From an uncultured virus (IMG/VR IMGVR_UViG_3300047195_000798) (taxonomy: Duplodnaviria > Heunggongvirae > Uroviricota > Caudoviricetes): 64,000 bases of DNA. Positions 63,221 through 64,000 of the stretch are shown piece after piece; the stretch's first letter is position 1; each line of letters opens with the position of its first letter. Both the position numbers and the translations under genes were made by a program. The notes under the pieces are model-generated. The model was not told where the DNA came from, did no database searches, and worked only from the letters and a program-made list of their open reading frames with translations. The stretch is taken from the IMG/VR virus record IMGVR_UViG_3300047195_000798; one strand, given 5' to 3'.

Positions 63221-64000
63221 ATGGAGAAAATACTACGCGTTGCGACATTCAATAATTTTTGCTTCCAAGATTCTGAATTTGAACAACTGGATGAAATAAC
63301 AGATAGATATCCAGAATACAATATCTTCGTGAACACGAATTCTCATCCAAAGCTCCGCGGCAAATATCCTGCCGTGGTGACAACAAATCCAGAGCTCATA
63401 AAATTCACTGCCCCGAAAGGCGACCTCAGCATCATCAAGGCCGTACGGGTGAAATACATCGCGGATGCCAAACCGATAGTTGAAGAGAACTTCAACAAGG
63501 CTATTAATTGGGCCTACAAACTCGATATCCCGATACTCATTACCTATATGCGTTTCAGGAGCCTTCCGATGATGAAGAAGTTCACGAAGACGTATGGGAA
63601 TCAGAATGCGAACTATCTGTGGGAACACAACTACTTCAGGCAGATAAAGAAGAAGACGTGGGAACTTGAGTTGTTCCATTACTGTGATCTCAAGGACATG
63701 GGCTGCCCATCGTGCAACAACTGCGCGAAGCTGCCCTTTGGCATCATGAAGGCGAAGTTCTACAGCATCAATCTGAGCACATCGGGGAAATGCCCGTACA
63801 ATTGCCCGGATTGTTTTGCCAAGCATCTGCAGAAATGGCAGAACGGCATCTGTTACGATCGCATCATCCAGAACTCGAAGCAGGAAGGGCACGATCCGTT
63901 CCACAAGGATTTCGCGAAGATACATTCGCTGGAAGACTTCTTGTCCCTGAAGAACAACGAAGCATCATTAGACAATTCCCAGCAGAAGCTGACAATCCGT
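63221..64000 (+). CDS. Fe-S/radical SAM-like protein with a late CxxxCxxC motif (3' truncated by window; absent from the ORF track)
   Basis: Open frame MEKILRVATFNN... to the window end; YCDLKDMGCPSCNNC; INLSTSGKCPYNCPDCFAK. Confidence 0.7.
   Translation, partial: MEKILRVATFNNFCFQDSEFEQLDEITDRYPEYNIFVNTNSHPKLRGKYPAVVTTNPELIKFTAPKGDLSIIKAVRVKYIADAKPIVEENFNKAINWAYKLDIPILITYMRFRSLPMMKKFTKTYGNQNANYLWEHNYFRQIKKKTWELELFHYCDLKDMGCPSCNNCAKLPFGIMKAKFYSINLSTSGKCPYNCPDCFAKHLQKWQNGICYDRIIQNSKQEGHDPFHKDFAKIHSLEDFLSLKNNEASLDNSQQKLTIR

Noticed and set aside
63233..63925. 230-aa minus-strand ORF
   Set aside because: It is an antisense shadow of the plus-strand Cys-motif ORF starting at 63221.
1..64000. Viral hallmark genes (major capsid, portal, terminase, integrase) and IS transposases
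   Set aside because: No recognisable motifs found by eye. The viral/extrachromosomal assignment therefore remains an inference from gene organisation.

Overview
The window is a gene-dense stretch of what is most likely a large archaeal virus or other extrachromosomal element. The host is probably Thermoplasmatota, judged from the AglB type, the cohesin/S-layer-like proteins, the class III pilin and the GGTGA-type ribosome binding sites. No capsid, terminase, integrase, rRNA, tRNA or CRISPR array could be identified, so the viral nature is inferred. It rests on dozens of short, co-oriented, overlapping orphan and zinc-finger ORFs and a lack of housekeeping operons. Layout: (i) 1-3208, membrane/surface proteins including three tandem paralogs; (ii) 3209-3993, a structured intergenic region, then an HTH protein; (iii) 5.2-24.7 kb, phage-like small ORFs plus an AsnRS-like catalytic-domain protein, a YkgJ protein, a radical SAM enzyme, an HGSNAT-like acyltransferase and a cohesin repeat protein; (iv) a ~32 kb glycosylation island of two convergent operons (24829-38285 plus, 38294-56760 minus); (v) 57-64 kb, more small ORFs, an RFC-small-subunit-like ATPase with an altered Walker B, and a putatively permuted radical SAM protein. 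The island encodes an oligosaccharyltransferase (AglB), a flippase, 7 glycosyltransferases, 6 methyltransferases, a sulfotransferase, a pilin, a Cys-less QueF homolog, and a nucleotide-sugar gene set whose family composition mirrors the lincosamide GDP-octose pathway. Other notable signals are AT-rich gene cassettes delimited by short conserved direct repeats at gene junctions, an HNH endonuclease fused in frame to transaldolase, and repeated apparent AUA/AUU translation starts. All family assignments come from motif recognition by eye, not database searches.
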